From: Eledone cirrhosa
Lineage: Eukaryota
NCBI GenBank assembly: GCA_964016885.1
Contig: OZ024761.1
Location: forward strand, 10,168,001 to 10,232,000
Length of the DNA stretch: 64,000 bases
Reading direction: 5' to 3'
The notes beneath the pieces are model-generated. The model worked only from the letters and a program-made list of their open reading frames with translations, was not told the DNA's origin and did not search any database. The translations under genes and the position numbers were made by a program. The first letter of the stretch is position 1, and each line of letters starts with the position of its first letter. Of the stretch, positions 1 to 11,230 are shown piece by piece.

Positions 1-212
1 CATCATCATCATCACCATCCCCATCACCACCATCATCATCAACCTGATCATGAACACTACCACCACCACCACCACCACCGCCATCATCATCATCAACTTA
101 CAGCTTCACTTTAGTCATTTTTGTCGTCGTCATCACCAACCTCATCATGAATACTACCCAACCACCACCATCACTGCCACCACCATCACCATCATCATCA
201 TCATCATCGTCT
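1..212. repeat. (CAT/CAC)n trinucleotide microsatellite
   Basis: Direct reading: catcatcatc, caccaccacc runs. Confidence 0.95.
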
Positions 213-299
213 TCAATCCAACAACATCGGTTTGTGGAAGGCAGATGGTAAAAAAAGAAAAAGAAAAAAAGAGTGCTCTATGTATAGAACAGAGCTATT

Positions 300-462
300 T
301 AATTAGAAAGGGAACGACACAAACTATAACTACTCCATTACCAAAGGTTTCTGGATCCCAGAACATCTCTGTCTGACGACCGATCCAGACGTATATTAAT
401 ATTGTCTGGGATCCAGAAACCTTTGGTAATGGAGTAGTTATAGTTTGTGTTGTTCATTTTCG

Positions 463-467
<5 letters not shown>
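300..467. mobile_element. Inverted-repeat fragment of a probable Penelope-like element
   Basis: ACACAAACTATAACTACTCCATTACCAAAGGTTTCTGGATCCCAGA (317-362) is the reverse complement of 405-450; pairing extends with mismatches to about 300/467; right end joins (TA)n; contains an HHR motif. Confidence 0.65.
367..434 (+). ncRNA. Type I hammerhead ribozyme motif, stem II base decayed
   Basis: Stem I CTCTGT(367-372)/ATGGAG(429-434) with two G-U pairs; CTGACGA 373-379; stem II GAT-CCAGAC/GTCTGG-g-ATC with mismatched closing pairs; GAAA 416-419; stem III ACC-ttt-GGT; cleavage triplet GUA 426-428. Confidence 0.6.
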
Positions 468-536
<69 letters not shown>

Positions 537-660
537 CCATATACAACTGTATATATAACCCAGAAAAAAAGAGAGAAAGAAATATTTTTTCTTCCTAATA
601 ATCGTCTTTTTCGCCGTTTTCATATACACATATATATATATATATGTGTGTGTGCGTGCG

Positions 661-721
<61 letters not shown>
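466..721. repeat. (TA)n and (TG)n microsatellites
   Basis: Direct reading; interrupted by a short unique segment at about 533-620. Confidence 0.9.
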
Positions 722-725
<4 letters not shown>

Positions 726-914
726 AAACTCTGATATAACACCTGCAACCCTGATGGTATCCAATGATGTTGACTTGTTCTTCTTTTTGGTAAATATCAT
801 CTTGGTTAAGAGAGTGGGACTGGCTTTGTGCAGTGCCTTTGCTCACAGCACAGGCATTGCTTTGTATCTGGAGATCTCTCTGCACTTGTCGTCACATGGT
901 GCCATGGGCCCGGC

Positions 915-1070
915 ACTATGTGTCAATAATTGTCACAAGTGTAGTGTTTGTACCAGAGTTTTTAAGTCGCTGGCTGGACTAAAAAGTCACACTCGTTCAG
1001 CGCATCGGTAGGGGTTCTCCTACATGGATATAAAGTAGTGGCCGTACTCGAAAAGGAGTTGGCAGCCATC
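915..1070 (+). mobile_element. 3' end of an RTE-like LINE (C-terminal C2H2 finger plus short 3' UTR)
   Basis: Translates CSVCTRVFKSLAGLKSHTRSAHR* ending at 1011, then a roughly 60-nt tail running into (AT)n; matches the terminal Cx2C...LxSHxRxH motif of many RTE-clade ORFs. Confidence 0.55.
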
Positions 1071-1377
1071 ATATATATATATATATGTATATTTGTATGA
1101 ATTTTTTCTCACGAGTCAGTTCTGTCGTTGCTATAGACCCCGCGGCTGAATTACCGGTCGCTGTCTTCATTTTGCAAAGCCCGCCCTTTAAACTGTATGT
1201 TATTACTCTGAGATACCTTGTCGAGTGCTTGGCTGCACTGCTGAAAGCATTCTTCGGCTTAGCTGCGGCTCTGGCTTCGAATATGCTGTACTTCCATTTG
1301 TATATATATATATATCAAATTATAAAATAAAATAAGAGGAAATAATAGACAAAAATATACCTATTTTTTCTTCAAAG

Positions 1378-1468
1378 TCCCGACTGTACAGTTTCGTTGA
1401 TCCATATGCAACAATTGTACATTATAGAAATGCATCATCGTTGTGAGGCCAATCAGCTTGTCAAGGAA
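1378..1468 (-). ncRNA. Degenerate type I hammerhead motif with long stem II insert
   Basis: Minus strand: TTCC-TTGACAA (decayed CTGANGA)-GCTGAT...ATCAAC-GAAAC-TGTACA-GTC-GGGA; stem III is the palindrome ACTGTACAGT. Confidence 0.55.
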
Positions 1469-1695
1469 CACCTCAGAGAAAAGAACTGTTTTCCAGACGC
1501 GTTTGTAGCAAGTGAGAATCTCTCTAGGCGGAGAGAGGAATTAACACGTGATACATCGGTACAAATGATGAATCAAAACATATCAAATAATGTGTTAAAA
1601 ATTTTGTGTTTCTCAATAAACAAACTCAATAGACTTTATCTAGAGCTTTGATAACCAAATGAAAAAAAATATATATATATAGAGAGAGAGAGAGA

Positions 1696-1766
<71 letters not shown>

Positions 1767-2000
1767 GAGAGAGAGACATATATCGTATAAGAAACACAGT
1801 ATATTGTATATATACCAAATACATATTCTATAGAAGAATATATACACAGGTGAAATCATTATACGATATATGGCTCTTTCTCTCTTTATATATATATACA
1901 TATATCTTTTTCGTGTGGTATAATATATATATATATATATATATATTTCGTTTCTGAATTTGTTTAGCAAGATTCTTTATCTGAAATCGTGTTGAAACCG

Positions 2001-2061
2001 ATATTGTTATACTTTGGGAGTGTCTTATTGGCAACATGACACTCCCAAAGTATAACAATAT
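2001..2061. repeat. Perfect 24-bp inverted repeat abutting (TA)n
   Basis: ATATTGTTATACTTTGGGAGTGTC, 13-nt spacer, GACACTCCCAAAGTATAACAATAT. Confidence 0.9.
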
Positions 2062-2272
2062 ATATATATATATATAATATATATATATATTTAATACATT
2101 AACAGAGAAAGCTTTTAGTGATACTCTGACCAAATCCCATCTCACTCAACAAACATTATGATATACCTGAGTATAATCCCAGTTATACGTTCGGGGAGCT
2201 AACTATACAGTATTCCGTGGATAGTTGGCTGTATTATTTTATATGAGACATAATTAAATAAATCTCTTTCTT

Positions 2273-2394
2273 TCCAGACGATCGTTTCGTTATAAGATTT
2301 CTACAAGGTGGGAAAATAATGTCCAAGTTATGTAGAAGCTTGCATATAATCCATAGATATCCATGCAAGTGGGCCCTTATAACTCATCAGTGGA
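2273..2394 (-). ncRNA. Complete type I hammerhead ribozyme motif (Penelope-like/retrozyme type)
   Basis: Minus strand: TCCA-CTGATGA-GTTATAAG...CTTATAAC-GAAAC-GATC-GTC-TGGA. All core nucleotides intact, 8-bp stem II base, palindromic stem III ACGATCGT, GUC cleavage site. Confidence 0.85.
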
Positions 2395-2717
2395 TATATA
2401 TATATATACCCTGATTGTATTTTCGTTGTTGTGGTGTCTTCTGTGGCTTTGTCTCTTTAACCACAGTTTTCAATTTGTCACGCCATTTAACGTATGCTTA
2501 TTACTCTAAAATGTAACTTATCGATTTATCGATATCCTCTTATTGAGTACTTCGTGCAAAACTCCGAATATTGTTTTCTTTCGTGGATGCTGCCCGAACG
2601 CCGCAACTTCGATTTTACTAACTTCCACTCTTATATATAGATATCGATTTTTGTTTTTGTCTTTACTCGCACCTTTTTTCTGTTTCTCTTTTGTGAACCT
2701 GTCTCTAATTTGTACTT

Positions 2718-2746
2718 CTGAGGAAGGGCATAAGCCCGACAGGTCT
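2718..2746 (+). other. Decayed minimal HHR-like motif
   Basis: CTGAGGA-A-GGGC-ataa-GCCC-GACA-GGTC; the GAAA box is mutated and stems I/III are not evident. Confidence 0.3.
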
Positions 2747-2811
2747 AACTTTCTTTCCACTTTCCACTAGAAAGTGTAAAACTAATAAGACTTTTTGTTG
2801 TCTCCTTGAAC

Positions 2812-2931
2812 TACATATTTACATACATATACATATATATATATATATTTATACATACATATATATATTTATATATATATATTGGCTTTTTGCTACAATG
2901 TTTTCTATACCTTTTTTCTATACCTTTCATT

Positions 2932-2963
<32 letters not shown>

Positions 2964-3022
2964 CATATATATATACATATATATATACATATATATATAC
3001 ATATCTATATATATATATATAC

Positions 3023-3079
<57 letters not shown>

Positions 3080-3098
3080 TATACATATATATATATAT

Positions 3099-3149
<51 letters not shown>

Positions 3150-3155
3150 TATACA

Positions 3156-3213
<58 letters not shown>

Positions 3214-3224
3214 CATATATATAC

Positions 3225-3260
<36 letters not shown>

Positions 3261-3298
3261 GTGTGTATATATGTATATATATATATATATACATATAT

Positions 3299-3379
<81 letters not shown>
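2812..3379. repeat. Long (TA)n microsatellite with TACA interruptions
   Basis: Direct reading. Confidence 0.95.
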
Positions 3380-3380
<1 letters not shown>

Positions 3381-3542
3381 CGAAGGAGTTGTAGTAAGGA
3401 ACCAGATGGACCATAACGCACCAGAGTACTCAATACTTAGGGTAGTAGAGTGGGTAATAGGAAAAAGTACGACTCCGACAGCAGAGCTCAAGCCGTTTCG
3501 AAACGGCTTGAGCTCTGCCGTCGGGGTCATACTTTTTCCTAT
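3379..3542 (-). mobile_element. Fold-back half-hammerhead element, family A copy 1
   Basis: 43-bp arms 3457-3499/3500-3542 with no spacer; arm reads GAAAC-GGC-ttgagctct-GCC-GTC-GGGGTC; tail homologous to 9163-9220 and 19408-19465; (TA)n on both sides. Confidence 0.75.
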
Positions 3543-3603
3543 ATATATATATATATGGTAAACAGAAGTACCAACACTAACGACGGTACAGTATATGGAA
3601 GGA

Positions 3604-3668
<65 letters not shown>

Positions 3669-3863
3669 GTTGTGTATGGTAGTTGAGCTTACTATTCAGG
3701 TGTAAGTGTTAAAATCTAAACATACCAACTTTAGGCTATTTTTAATAAATGTTACCACTTGAAGTTGACTTTATCAGTGTTTCCTTTGCTGTGTATTATA
3801 AGATTTGAAAACATATTACAGTCCAGATTATATATCATGATAACTACAGGAACAGAATTATTA

Positions 3864-4019
<156 letters not shown>

Positions 4020-4047
4020 GGTTGTTTCGTGGGTGGTTAGTGTTTGC

Positions 4048-4374
4048 TATTACCATCATTATCACCGTCGCAACCACCGCCATTAACATAACCATTATCA
4101 CCCTCATCACATCATTATCACCATTGCCACAACCATTATCGCCATCACCACAACTACTATTACAATCATCACCACCACCACCACCACCATCTCCACCATC
4201 ACTATCATTACTACCACCACCGCAACCTCAACCATCGTCACCACCACCACCACCACCATCATCTCTACCATTATCATTACTACCAACATCACCAGCACTA
4301 CTGCCACAACCACCATCACCAACGCCATCATCTCTACCACTATCATCACTAACACAACCATCGTCACCACCACC
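4048..4374. repeat. Degenerate (CAC/CAT)n low-complexity tract
   Basis: Direct reading. Confidence 0.9.
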
Positions 4375-4437
4375 GGAAATGTATCTGCTCTACATGCAAA
4401 GAACACTTCGTACAACAGAAATCTGCTTTTTTTTTTC

Positions 4438-4930
4438 TTGAGAGAAGTTTCCTGATTTCGGTGTCCATTTTCTTTATTCCATTACCGTTCCAATTTATGA
4501 CATTGAAACAATGGGTGACAATTGAGATCGCAGATGCTTTTATGGCAGATATTTCATTCTTTGAGTCCATCTCAATTTTCAAGACATGTACTCTCCGATA
4601 GCATTCCTTCCCGATTCTCTCTTTCATGATGGTGAATACTTTAGCCTTCATTTATCCCCCTAGATATCTGTAAGTTTATTTTTGTTTTATTTCTCTAATT
4701 ACTGTATTCACATTTATTTCCATCGAGTTTCTGTTTCTCATTCTGTTTTGCTTGAATGTTGCTTTTGCGTATTTTTCCAATCCAAATTCCACCCCTACAT
4801 CATCGCTGAATACCTTAACTTTCTTCAACAGTCCTTCCAAATTCGCTGTCATTTTTTTAGCATACAGTTTCAAGTTATCTATATAAAACAGATGATTTAT
4901 GGTTTTGCTGTCTATTTTGTAGCCAATGCA
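4438..4930 (-). mobile_element. Dong/R4-clade LINE reverse transcriptase fragment (decayed)
   Basis: INHLFYIDNLKLYAK (decayed YxDD), FSDDVGVEFGLEKYAK, then MKERIGKECYRRV...INW...IKKMDTEIRKLL, typical of the R4/Dong RT and thumb; frameshifted. Confidence 0.85.
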
Positions 4931-4934
4931 ACAA

Positions 4935-5187
4935 AACGTCATAACTTCTGGAGTTCGCAACCGATTTTCATCAAACTTGACACATGGGCTACGTATGTTC
5001 TACAGATGAATTTGAACACTCAGAATTGGCACATATTGAGTAGGGAACACCTGGGGGCAGGAACCCCTTTTGGAAAAAGCCGATGATTTTGTACAAGTAT
5101 AGTTTTCGAAGCAGCACTGAAGTATTGGCATGAATGCTATACATGACTGTTATTTAATACCCGAGCAACGCCGGGTACCTCTGCTAG
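4935..5187 (+). mobile_element. Non-autonomous Helitron, 5'-truncated
   Basis: Sub-terminal hairpin CCCGAGCAACGCCGGG (5160-5175) then CTAG|T at 5184-5188; same hairpin as the element at 19992-20781; left boundary approximate. Confidence 0.65.
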
Positions 5188-5329
5188 TGTAAAATGTCAG
5201 AGGAGAAAATGAATCACCTTGAAAAATACCACAGTTATTATGCTGCTGAAATTTATAGTTCCATCACTATATGACAATGATAGATTTGTATTCCATATAG
5301 AAATGTATTTCAGGAAGTTTGATTATACT

Positions 5330-5400
5330 GGAGGTGGGAAACACTATCAAATGTATTTTTATAGTCAATCCAAGCAGTAGTCCGTCTCCGGGGTGTGAGA
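5330..5400 (-). mobile_element. Short Dong/R4 RT fragment
   Basis: TAWIDYKNTFDSVSH resembles the RT motif AWIDYKKAFDSVPH. Confidence 0.6.
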
Positions 5401-5450
5401 GAGTTTGGCGAATTTAGACAGATAACTATTTTATTATTATACACCTCGCT

Positions 5451-5675
5451 AGGGCGGTGGATTAGCAGTATCGGTAGAGATCCGGGCGTCATACTTTGCA
5501 GTGTAGAGTTACGGCCCTGTATGATCTGAGTTCAAATATCGCCGAGGTTAACTTTGCCTTTCATCCTTAAGGGGTCGATAAAATAAAGTACCAGGCAGGC
5601 GCTGGGGTCGATTTAATCGACTTTTCCCTCCCCCAAAATTGCTGGCCTTGTGCCTATATAAGAAACCATTATTAT
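5451..5675 (+). mobile_element. Full-length tRNA-derived SINE with target-site duplication
   Basis: A-box-like TAGCAGTATCGG, B-box-like GAGTTCAAAT, conserved central CTTTGCCTTTCATCCT..GGGGTCGATAAAATAAAGTACCAG, (ATT)n tail; ATTATTATACACCTCGCT duplicated at 5433-5450 and 5668-5685. Confidence 0.85.
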
Positions 5676-5904
5676 ACACCTCGCTGTGAACATTTTGAAG
5701 ACTAGACGCTCTTTGTGTAAAACAGAAAAACAGCGAGATAAAGTCTGGTGACAAGTCGGTCAATCATATTGGTGGCCTCCCCACAGCCCCGGTGGACAGA
5801 ATGGAGAAGGCTTTTCCCCCGGAGGACGGCAAGGGAGACGCGCTGGAAAAGCCATTCCAATTCACGAGGTTCACACCTGCGGCTGGAAAGCTCGGCGTCT
5901 ATGG

Positions 5905-6512
5905 CTCCGTTTGTATTCTTTTGATAACATCTCTTTCATTTGCTTCTCTTACATTTGGTCTGTTTCCAGGGTGACTAAGTATTTATACCCGTTGTCGTCA
6001 ATTTCCTTCATAACTTGTCCATCTGGTAACACAATTCCTTCCATTTTATCAATCCTACCTCGCTTCAGTAGTAGCACCCCACACTTTTTTATGCCAAATT
6101 CCATTCCTATGGCTGTACTGAATGTATGAACTGTCTGTAACAAGGGAATCAATATGTTCATAGGATTTGCCATAAAGTTTTATTTAGGTCATCCATGAAC
6201 AGCGGGTGGTTTATTTTAAACTCACGTCCTCCCCACTCGTAACCAGCTTTTGACCTTCTCAGTTCTAATGAAAGTGGAACGATACACAATACAAACAGTA
6301 AAGGTGAAAGAATGTCTCCCTGGAATATTCCTCTCTTGACGTTCATAGTTCCCAATGTCTGTCTACGTGATGTCAGCTTAGTCTTCCAACCATCCATACT
6401 TCTCACTAGAAACTGTCTAACGTTAGCTGCAAAACCAAATATTTCCCAACATTCTGCTATCCAACTTCGTGACACCATGTCATAAGCCTTGCAGTAATCG
6501 ATCCAACATCTC
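5905..6512 (-). mobile_element. Dong/R4-clade LINE RT domain fragment
   Basis: WIDYCKAYDMV, RGIFQGDILSPLLFVLCIVPLS, INHPLFMDDL, IGMEFGIKKC, YKYL across two frames. Confidence 0.9.
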
Positions 6513-6577
6513 AAGCTTCCTGAAATTCGACATTATTTTATGTACTATACATGCACCTTTGATGAGTTGTAGTGCAC

Positions 6578-6770
6578 CTTGGCAGTTTCGGTAGAGGGTC
6601 GGACGCCATGCTTTGACGCATAGAGTTACGGCCCTTGCCATTCTGAGTTCAAATCCCGCCGAGGTTAACTTTGCCTTTCATCCTTACGGAGTCGATAAAA
6701 TAAAGTACCAGTAATGCACTGGGTTATTGCTGGCCTTGTGCCAAAAAGTAGAAACAATTATTATTATTAT
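6578..6770 (+). mobile_element. SINE copy (same family as 5451-5675)
   Basis: GAGTTCAAATCCCGCCGAGGTTAACTTTGCCTTTCATCC...GCTGGCCTTGTGCC...(ATT)n. Confidence 0.85.
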
Positions 6771-7160
6771 ATCCTCCACATCCTCCTGGCTTATATTTTT
6801 CTTTATCATTTCAATCTCCTCTGAGATAGCCATCCCTTGTCTGATCACAAATCCTCTGTTCAGTTGATTCAAAGAGTCCTATCTACTGTCATACTCGCAG
6901 CATCCTTTGTCTATATCCTATAATTGGCACACCATTTTCATTCACAGGCCTGCTTCTAAAATAACACCCCCATAACAGCCTTGTTTACCTCCTCACTCCA
7001 CTTCATTCTTGCAGTGTCATGACAACAACCGGGCCTGTGCTGCTGAACCACAGGACATCTGCCGGACGAGGCACTTTCACTAGAAGCTCCGGCACCACGT
7101 CTTTGTGTAAACAAATGTTTTGATTCATTTCACTCATTGAGGTTGGTGGTTTTAAGCATT
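6771..7160 (-). mobile_element. N-terminal region of a Dong/R4 ORF (decayed)
   Basis: Minus translation across frameshifts: RMKWSEEVNKAVM, SRPVNENG, GYRQRML, GLFESTEQRICDQ, EEIEMIKK; the ATG follows (TAA)n, the known Dong target repeat. Confidence 0.7.
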
Positions 7161-7171
7161 ATTATTATTAT

Positions 7172-7357
7172 TTTGGCAGTATCAGTAGAGCGTTAGACAC
7201 CATGCTTTGCAGCATAGAGTTATGGCCCTTTACGTTCTGAGTTCAAATCCCGCCGAGGTTAACTTTGCCTTTCATCTTTACAGGGTCGATAAAATAAAGT
7301 ACCAGTAATGCACTGGGATAACTGCTGGCCTTGTGCCAAAAGTAGAAACAATTATTA
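7172..7357 (+). mobile_element. SINE copy
   Basis: Same B box, central domain and ATT tail; preceded by (ATT)n. Confidence 0.85.
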
Positions 7358-7361
7358 CTGA

Positions 7362-7563
7362 AGAGGACGGTGGATTGGCAGTATCGGTAGAGGGTTGGAC
7401 GCTATGCTTTCTAGCACAGTTACGTCCCTTTACGGTCTGAGTTCAAATCCCGCCGAGGTTAACTTTGCCTTTCATCCTTACGGGGTCGATAAAATAAAGT
7501 ACCAGTAATGTACTGGGATAACTGCTGGCCTTGTGCCAAAAAGTAGAAACAATTATTTTATTA
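7362..7563 (+). mobile_element. SINE copy, head-to-tail with the previous one
   Basis: Near-identical 3' half to 7172-7357. Confidence 0.85.
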
Positions 7564-7564
7564 T

Positions 7565-7685
7565 ACAGTTTGACAAATAGAGAAGCTATGAAAATAAGTA
7601 TTTTCGATCGATGTTCCTGACTAAAATCTTTGAAGGCGGTGCCCCAGCATGGCCGCTGTCCAATGACTGAAACCAATAAAAGAGC
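7565..7685 (+). mobile_element. 3' part of a second SINE-like family
   Basis: AAGGCGGTGCCCCAGCATGGCC...TGACTGAAAC..TAAAAGAG; homologous to 21906-21986 (minus). Confidence 0.65.
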
Positions 7686-7829
7686 ATATCTTTTGCCTCT
7701 CACCATCACCTACTTATTGCTCACGGCTTATCTGCTCAACCCCTCCACCCCTCTCTCTAACACTCATTGTTTCTTTTTCTTACCTCCCACCACTACATCT
7801 GTTTCATCACTACAATTTCACACCGTTTC

Positions 7830-7920
7830 CCGCTCTCTCATTCTTTTTCACTTTACTTCCTTTCTTTCTCCCCCATCCTCCTCCTCTCCTTTCATCTCAC
7901 CCCCACTCTCCATTTTCTTC

Positions 7921-7970
<50 letters not shown>

Positions 7971-8448
7971 CATACAGTTGTATTTCTTCATTCTCTTTCT
8001 CTCTCTTTCTCTCCCCCCTCTCTCTCTCATACATACAGTTGTATTTCTCTCTCTTTCCCCCTCGTCTCTCACTCCCCCTCTCCACTCTCTCTTACCCCTA
8101 TCTCTCTCTCTCTTCCCCCCTCTCTCTCTCTATCCTACATACAGTTGTATTTCTCTCTCTTTCCCCCTCCTCTCTATCTCCCCCCTCTCCTCTCTCTCTT
8201 CCCCCCCTCTCTCTCTATCCTACATACAGTTGTATTTCTCTCTCTTTCCCCCTCCTCTCTCTCTTCCCCCCTCTCCCTCTCTCTCTCTCTATCCTACATA
8301 CAGTTGTACTTCTCCATTCATATAAATACCGTACATATTTCATCTACTTTCCACATTGACATTTATGCTACCCAGATTGTCTGCAAACGTAAACTCACTT
8401 TCTCTCCCTCCCCCTCTCTTTCTTTCCTTCTTTCTCTCTCTCCTCTTT

Positions 8449-8491
<43 letters not shown>

Positions 8492-8859
8492 TTCTATCTA
8501 TCTCTCTTCTTTTTCTCTCCTCTTTCTCCTCTCTCTCTCTTTCTTTCCTTCTATCTCTCCCTCCTCCTCCTCTCTCTTTCTCTCCCTCACCCTCTCTCTC
8601 TCTTTCCTATTTTTGTCCAGCTCTCTCTTTTTCCCTCTCTTTCCTTCGCGCTCTCTCCCCTTTCTTTCCCCCTTCTCTCTCCTCTTATTTTCCCTCTCTT
8701 TCTATGCATCTCTCATCCTCTCTCTGACCATTTCTCCTCTCTTCTTTCCTCTCGTTCCCCCTCACTCAATTATCCTATTTATCTATCTCTGTTTCACTCT
8801 CTATCGATCTACATTGCCATCTATCTGTCTATCTATGTACCCATGCAACCATCTATCTT

Positions 8860-8944
<85 letters not shown>

Positions 8945-9046
8945 CGCTCTCTCTTCATCTATCTACCTGTCTATCTCTCTTCATCTATCTACCTGTCTCT
9001 GCCTACCTGCCTATCTATCTATCTGCCTACCTATCTATATATATAT
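7830..9046. repeat. CT-rich low-complexity region with repeated CATACAGTTGTA motif
   Basis: Motif recurs five times in about 7968-8310 between (CT)n runs; followed by (CT)n, (TA)n, (TATC)n. Confidence 0.9.
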
Positions 9047-9594
<548 letters not shown>

Positions 9595-9607
9595 TATCTA
9601 TCTACCT

Positions 9608-9750
9608 ATCTTATGTCCCACTTTTGATGCCCTGGTGGCAAATAAAAAGAAAGTTATCTTATATTTTTTTACACGATTGTATGTAAAATCCCCGGCATGT
9701 CTTTGTTTTGTCCCCTTTTCTTGTGCGCCCTTGTGGCAAATAAAGAAATA
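9608..9750 (+). mobile_element. Two stacked short 3' UTR ends of the Tx1-like LINE
   Basis: Both end TGTCCC...TG(C)GCCCT.GTGGCAAATAAA(A)AGAAA, at about 9652 and 9748. Confidence 0.65.
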
Positions 9751-9805
9751 TATCTGTCTATTTATCTATCTACCTACCTACCTACCTACCTACCTACCTA
9801 TCTAC

Positions 9806-10475
9806 CCCCCTTCAAAAATGAAGGAGAGGCGGTCTTCCTCTGTGTGATAGCCATGGTGAAAGAGGTGGTATGGTGGACATGTTTGAAAGGGCTGAGGTCA
9901 GACACCTTTCTCTCCGGCCAACAACTGATTCTTTTTTTCAAATACCACTTTGGAAGAAGAATCAGAATGGAGAGAGAGGTGCTGTACCCCAGGATGGAGA
10001 GAGAGGTGCTGTACCCCAGGATGGAGAGAGAGGTGCTGTACCCCAGGATGGAGAGAGAGGTGCTGTACCCCAGGATGGAGAGAGAGGTGCTGTACCCCAG
10101 AATGGAGAGAGAGGTGCTGTACCCCAGGATGGAGAGAGAGGTGCTGTACCCCAGAATGGAGAGAGAGGTGCTGTACCCCAGCAAGTTTTATGAAAGGTGG
10201 GTGAAAGTAGCGAGAATGGCCCGTGTGAATGGGCCTTCTCTCTATATCAGCCTGTAGGTGGAAAGGAGGAAGTGCAAAGGAGCACCCCCTCTCTGTGCTC
10301 CTAAGGAAAAGGGTTGCATACTTTTTCGGGGGGGGGGACCTCCAAAACGCCTCCTCCCTATTGAGGACTGTATTGTTAATTTTATATTTGTTATTTGTTT
10401 TTTACTCGTTCCTTTATGTAAACTCCCCCCTTGTATTTGTCCCCTTCTTTTGTGCCCTCGTGGCAAATAAATAGA
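9806..10475 (+). mobile_element. 5'-truncated L1/Tx1-like LINE (ORF2 C-terminus and 3' UTR)
   Basis: Open frame [15 protein letters not shown]...FFKYH...KFYERWVKV to the stop at 10257, resembling the Tx1 ORF2 tail; 3' UTR ends GTGGCAAATAAATAGAA. Clade is from recall, not from a search. Confidence 0.6.
9964..10179 (+). repeat. 27-bp minisatellite x8
   Basis: AG(G/A)ATGGAGAGAGAGGTGCTGTACCCC x8, translating in frame as RMEREVLYP. Confidence 0.95.
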
Positions 10476-10764
10476 ATGGCGAGAATGGCCCGAGTGAATG
10501 GGCCTTCTCTCTATAACAGCCTGTAGGTTGAGGAAAAGGAGGAGGAGAGGAAAGGAGTACAAACTCTTCGTACTCCTGGAGATGAGGGTTGCACATTTTT
10601 TCGGGGGGTGTGTGTTACCCATATGAACTGTCTCCCCCTATTGGGGAAAATCGACTAATTTTTAAATTGCATTTGTGATAGTATTTTACACATTTTTATT
10701 GTATGTAAACTTCCCCCTTTGTATTTGTCCCCTTCTTTTGTGCCCCTGTGGCTAATAAAGAAAC
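10473..10764 (+). mobile_element. Second truncated copy of the Tx1-like 3' end
   Basis: GCGAGAATGGCCCG.GTGAATGGGCCTTCTCTCTATA.CAGCCTGTAGG repeats 10210-10258; ends GTGGCTAATAAAGAAA. Confidence 0.7.
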
Positions 10765-10765
10765 A

Positions 10766-11230
10766 TATCTACCTACCTACCTACCTACCTACCTACCTAC
10801 CTATCTACCTACCTACCTACTTACCTACTTATCTATCTACCTACCTACCTATCTACCTACCTCCCTCCCTACCTACATATCTACCTACCTACCTACCTAC
10901 CTACCAATCTACCTACCTACCTACTTACCTACTTATCTACCTACCTACCTACCTACCTACCTACCTACCTACCTATCTACCTACCTACCTATCTACCTAC
11001 CTCCTTCCCTACCTACCTACCTACCTCCCTACCTATCTACCTACCTACCTACCTACCTACCTACCTACCTACCTACTTACCTACTTATCTACCTACCTAT
11101 CTACCTACCTCCCTCCCTACCTACCTACCTACCTCCCTACCTATCTACCTACCTACCTACCTATCTACCTATCTACCTACCTACCTACTTACCTACTACC
11201 TACCTACCTACCTACCTACTTACCTACCCA
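10766..11230. repeat. (TACC)n/(TATC)n tetranucleotide microsatellite
   Basis: Direct reading. Confidence 0.95.

Noticed and set aside
646-1011. Host C2H2 zinc-finger gene
   Set aside because: A single terminal finger followed by a short tail and (AT)n fits a LINE 3' end better; the ORF start lies in a microsatellite.
1090-1300. Unique GC-richer island as an exon
   Set aside because: Open frames exist but I see no recognisable motif or convincing splice pair; it could be an unidentified TE fragment in (TA)n.
5451-5545. tRNA gene
   Set aside because: A/B boxes belong to a SINE head repeated five times; no cloverleaf evident.
5690-5903. GC-rich segment as a gene or ribozyme
   Set aside because: No recognisable protein or RNA fold; probably an unclassified repeat fragment.
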